DNA of 39,576 nucleotides, taken from contig KZ538934.1 of assembly GCA_000934665.2 (NCBI GenBank), positions 1 through 39,576 on the forward strand. The letters are read 5' to 3'. The notes below the pieces were generated by a model that made no database searches, had not been told where the DNA came from, and worked only from the letters and a program-made list of their open reading frames with translations. This DNA is from Catajapyx aquilonaris. Lineage: Eukaryota. This document shows, one piece after another, positions 36,383-39,576 of this stretch (position 1 is its first letter; every line of letters begins with the position of its first letter). A program made the position numbers and the translations under genes.

Positions 36383-36843
36383 CAGTGCCGGATTTACACC
36401 CCCGGAGATCCGCCCCCTCCCCCAGCCCCATGTCACTTAAAAATTTGTATTTTCTCTTGAGTTCTCTCCTTTATTTCATTTTATTTTAGTTTAAAATTGG
36501 TATATTTCAGCCTATGGTCGCCCCCGATGGGCAGCTGCCCTTAGGGTTTTCTGCCTAGTGACGCTAGTGGTAAATCTGGCGGCTCTCAAAAATGTGAATT
36601 TTTTAATGATTTCGCCTTTATTTCCTATTATTGTAGCCTATTTGAAAAATATTTATTGCAACTCGCGGCCGCCCCTAGGCAATACTCATCTGCTTAATGG
36701 CAAATCCGGCGCTGCTCCCAGTCGCGTAATTATTTAGAATTAATTCTTCGTTGCCTTTTTTTTTGTATGCCTAAATTTGCCGCCCCTTGAAATCTGCCAC
36801 CCAAGGCAATTACCTAGGTTGCCTAGCTGTAAATCCGGCGCTG
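36383..36843. mobile_element. Composite hAT-type MITE with three stacked right ends
   Basis: Left TIR CAGTGCCGGATTTAC. Right-end-like motifs at ~36570-36584, ~36700-36714 and 36829-36843 (GTAAATCCGGCGCTG). TSD TTTACAAG / TTTACAGG. Confidence 0.75.
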
Positions 36844-37065
36844 TTTACAGGTGATCCTTTGAGGACTGTGTAGCTGATGCATGATTAAAATAATTTGCCA
36901 GGTCCCTCATCAGTATGACATAAGTGGTAAATTGGAGTGGATATACCCCAAATTACCTGAAAAATCCTTGTCTAACATGAGGCAATAACAAGTCTATGCG
37001 CCTTCAATTTTCTTAGCTGTTTTACACACTTTAGGACCCTAGTCTTGACAGCCGAGGTAACATAC

Positions 37066-37401
37066 CCGTGGGATAACTGCCACAATAACATATCTAAAAT
37101 GTTAGAAGTAAGCATAAAATTACTCCAACAGTAAGTTACCTCCACTCTTCAGGGTAAGACCCTTTCTAATGGCTGATGTAGCACCCCAACTAGTTGAAAC
37201 ATTGTCAATACCATAGTGTGACTATGTACAGTACATAATTATGTCTAACAAACACCTGACTTTGTCATGATTAACTGCCCTTACATGAAGTGTATCTAGC
37301 ACACGGATAACTTTTCCCTGGAGTACGTCATACGAGGAGCTCCTCACTTGCGCTGTTGTCATCATTGTGTTGATCGTTCACAGTAGCACAGCCGACACCA
37401 G
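37066..37401 (-). other. Candidate 5' exons of the minus-strand gene (37401-37334, 37221-37140, 37093-37066)
   Basis: GT-AG-bounded segments that can be joined in frame (GVGCATVNDQHNDDNSASEELL-SHYGIDNVSTSWGATSAIRKGLTLKSG-DMLLWQLSH). No start codon or phase link to 33792 could be fixed, so they may be UTR. Confidence 0.3.
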
Positions 37402-37811
37402 CTGTAAAACACGAATCGGCTGACTACAAGTGGCACCCAAGAGTCCAAGCTACCACCTGCCCACCCTTCACACCCGTACAATCGATATCCTCAAAGTACA
37501 ACACACTCCCTGAATCACATTTACAACCCCCTGATCATCGACTTTCGCAATCAATCTCGGATCGTGGAGGCCGCCATATTCAACACATTTCACGTAGTAG
37601 CTAGTGACTAGAAGCTGCTTATTATAAACGGTCCATCCGGGGTCCATCTGGGGTCCATCTACCACTAGCCAGAAGCCGTTCTTGTAAGTAACTATTAGCA
37701 ATAGCTATCCTGTTCAGTGTGTGTTGCACACAGGTTGCACACGGGCCCATCAGTGGAGCCAACCAGTGACACTGCCTTTCCTTCAAATTCGGGTACACAT
37801 TGCAGCTGGTG

Positions 37812-37812
<1 letters not shown>

Positions 37813-37843
<31 letters not shown>
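37813..37843 (+). repeat. (CT)n microsatellite upstream of ADPGK
   Basis: About 15 CT units, about 65 nt before the ATG. Confidence 0.9.
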
Positions 37844-37846
<3 letters not shown>

Positions 37847-37907
37847 CCACCCCGCCTTGTTCCAGGCACTATACATCACCCACCAATAGCGCCAGGCCAG
37901 AAGCACA

Positions 37908-38739
37908 ATGCCGTATTACTTGTGGCGGGTGGCTGCCACAGTGGCCCTCTTCGTGGTGCTGCTGGGAATGTTCTTCCCAGAGCTGGGTGAGTTCAATGAG
38001 GAAGATCTTTTGCATTCCGTGTTGGACTCCATGCTGGCCATGGAGGAGAAGCATCCTGTGCCTCAGAAGGTGAAGGTGGCAGTAGGATATGGGGCGTGTT
38101 TAGACTTGTTTGTCAACGGGAAGGACCTGTTCACCGAGAGAGACTCGAGGAGGAAGGCCAGGCACTACGGATACATACGGGATAGGGAAGAGATCCTCAA
38201 TATGTATGCGTACTTCTTCAACCATGGTGCCGCTGCAGAGTAAGACTTAAATAATTATGCTAATATGGTTGATGCTTTATTAAGGCTGAAGTATAATTTG
38301 TTTCCCCACTATAGGCGATACATATCAGAGCCGACCCTCTTAGAGGAGCTAGTCGATGCAGCTCGGAAGTGCCCAGATTCTCACTACGCCCTGGGAGGCA
38401 ATGCCCCTGTGATGGCCAAGCGCTTTTCAGATGAGGGATGCCAGGTTCTTCTGGCAGCCAAGATGAGTCCGTCACTGAAAGAAAGACTTCCCTCGGACAT
38501 CAAAGTGGTTGGGGGAGTGGTGGAAAAGGATGACATTCACCTTATCATTGAGTATAAGACTGGAGAAAGATGGGGAAAGCATGTATCCCCCAGGGCAAAC
38601 CGGTTCATTGTTCACAGCGACATGAACAATCCTACCTTAAGCTCTTTGGAGGCATTTGGGGAGACGCTACAGACGTACAAGCCACGTCTACTCATTGTCA
38701 GTGGGTTGCAGATGATGGACAATTTTCCATTCCCACCAG
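37908..38739 (+). CDS. ADPGK: ADP-dependent glucokinase, 5' part (exons 37908-38239, 38315-38739; remainder not identified, presumably beyond the window)
   Basis: Hydrophobic N-terminal signal/anchor. Metazoan ADPGK motifs: KVAVGYGACLD, YFFNHGAAAE|RY across a 75-nt phase-2 intron, GGNAPVMA, DDIHLIIEYKTGERWG, PRANRFIVHSD, SGLQMMD. Phase-1 donor at 38740. Confidence 0.95.
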
Positions 38740-38797
38740 GTATGATTATGCTGCCAACCAATTATTTATTATTTATTAAATAAATTTCTCTAGTTAA

Positions 38798-39077
38798 CCC
38801 TGGAACCGTGACGTGGGGTCTTTTAGGACCCCAAAGGAATCAAGATGCATTAAAATGATAATTACAATGAACGTTTGCCATTTAAAAAAGTATATAACAG
38901 GAAGTGCATGTTTATTTTGAATTAGCTATCATTTTAGGCATTGTTCAAAGCATGATTGCACATAGTTAATAGATTGAAAAGTAAAATAAAAATTAATAAA
39001 AATAAAAATATGGATTGGGTCCTACAAGACCCCACGTCACGGTTGCTGTAACTTTCAGGCACGTCACGGTTCCAGGG
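38798..39077. mobile_element. piggyBac-type MITE in the ADPGK intron
   Basis: TTAA|CCCTGGAACCGTGACGTG ... CACGTCACGGTTCCAGGG|TTAA, with a second, subterminal copy of the inverted repeat at ~39016-39044. Confidence 0.92.
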
Positions 39078-39576
39078 TTAAGTCAATTATTTGAACTAAA
39101 CAGGACAAGAGGTATTCTGCCATAATTAAAAATTCAGATAATATGTAAACTGGGAGCTGTGGTGGGAGATAAATGACACGACTGGAAATGGAAGTGCAGT
39201 GTAAATTTTAAATCATGTGTATTAAACTGAAAATGGAAACTGACTACTGTCACTGACTCACTAACAGGCAAAACACCTGTGGAATTCATGTAAATATAAG
39301 CGTCATGCTGCTGCATGCAGTAGTATTCCATAAGTTAGTGGCAGTAAATGATATGGACAGGGAGCATATACTACATAAGAGGCGCAAACATTCGATTTTT
39401 TTCGTCTCTCTGTTTATAGGGCGTTGCCAAGGCCGGCGGCCATCTTGAAGTGTGTGGTATGTCAACGAGGTATAAATAGGGTACAGGCAGGCCGTCAAGG
39501 TCCGCGGGGTCTGCCATCTTTGATGGTTTGGGCTGCCATGGCAATACACGGCAATAACAATTTACTTACCCGTTTT

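Noticed and set aside
38265..38314. ATG at 38265 as a separate gene start
   Set aside because: It lies in ADPGK intron 1; the conserved GAAAER motif is restored by splicing 38239 to 38315.
1..39576. CRISPR array or prokaryotic operon/defence system
   Set aside because: No repeat-spacer array or dense ORF packing. Spliceosomal introns, SINEs and MITEs show the DNA is metazoan.

Overview
This is eukaryotic, intron-containing, AT-rich genomic DNA, most likely from an arthropod; it has a 280-nt N gap at 27811-28090. The core is a tandem cluster of three + strand, two-exon genes (5907-6716, 12762-13717, 24534-25615) for secreted Gly/Tyr/His-rich, cuticular-type low-complexity proteins. All three have a TATA box, a 12-nt coding first exon (MKFL/MQFL/MKIL) and a phase-0 intron. 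Each protein has a signal peptide, an acidic spacer and a conserved KR|GA(I/L/V)G site before the repeats. Minus-strand exon chains for an unidentified helical/coiled-coil protein flank the cluster at about 0.8-1.4 kb and 33.2-33.8 kb, with weaker candidate exons at 26.4-27.0, 31.9 and 37.1-37.4 kb; they may form one host gene. The first two exons of ADP-dependent glucokinase (ADPGK) start at 37908, head-to-head with that minus-strand gene. The rest holds many non-autonomous mobile elements: five tRNA-derived SINEs (three sharing a covarying 3' stem-loop), hAT-, PIF/Harbinger-, piggyBac-, pogo- and Tc1/mariner-type MITEs, and foldback/palindromic elements. All calls were made by eye and no database searches were run.
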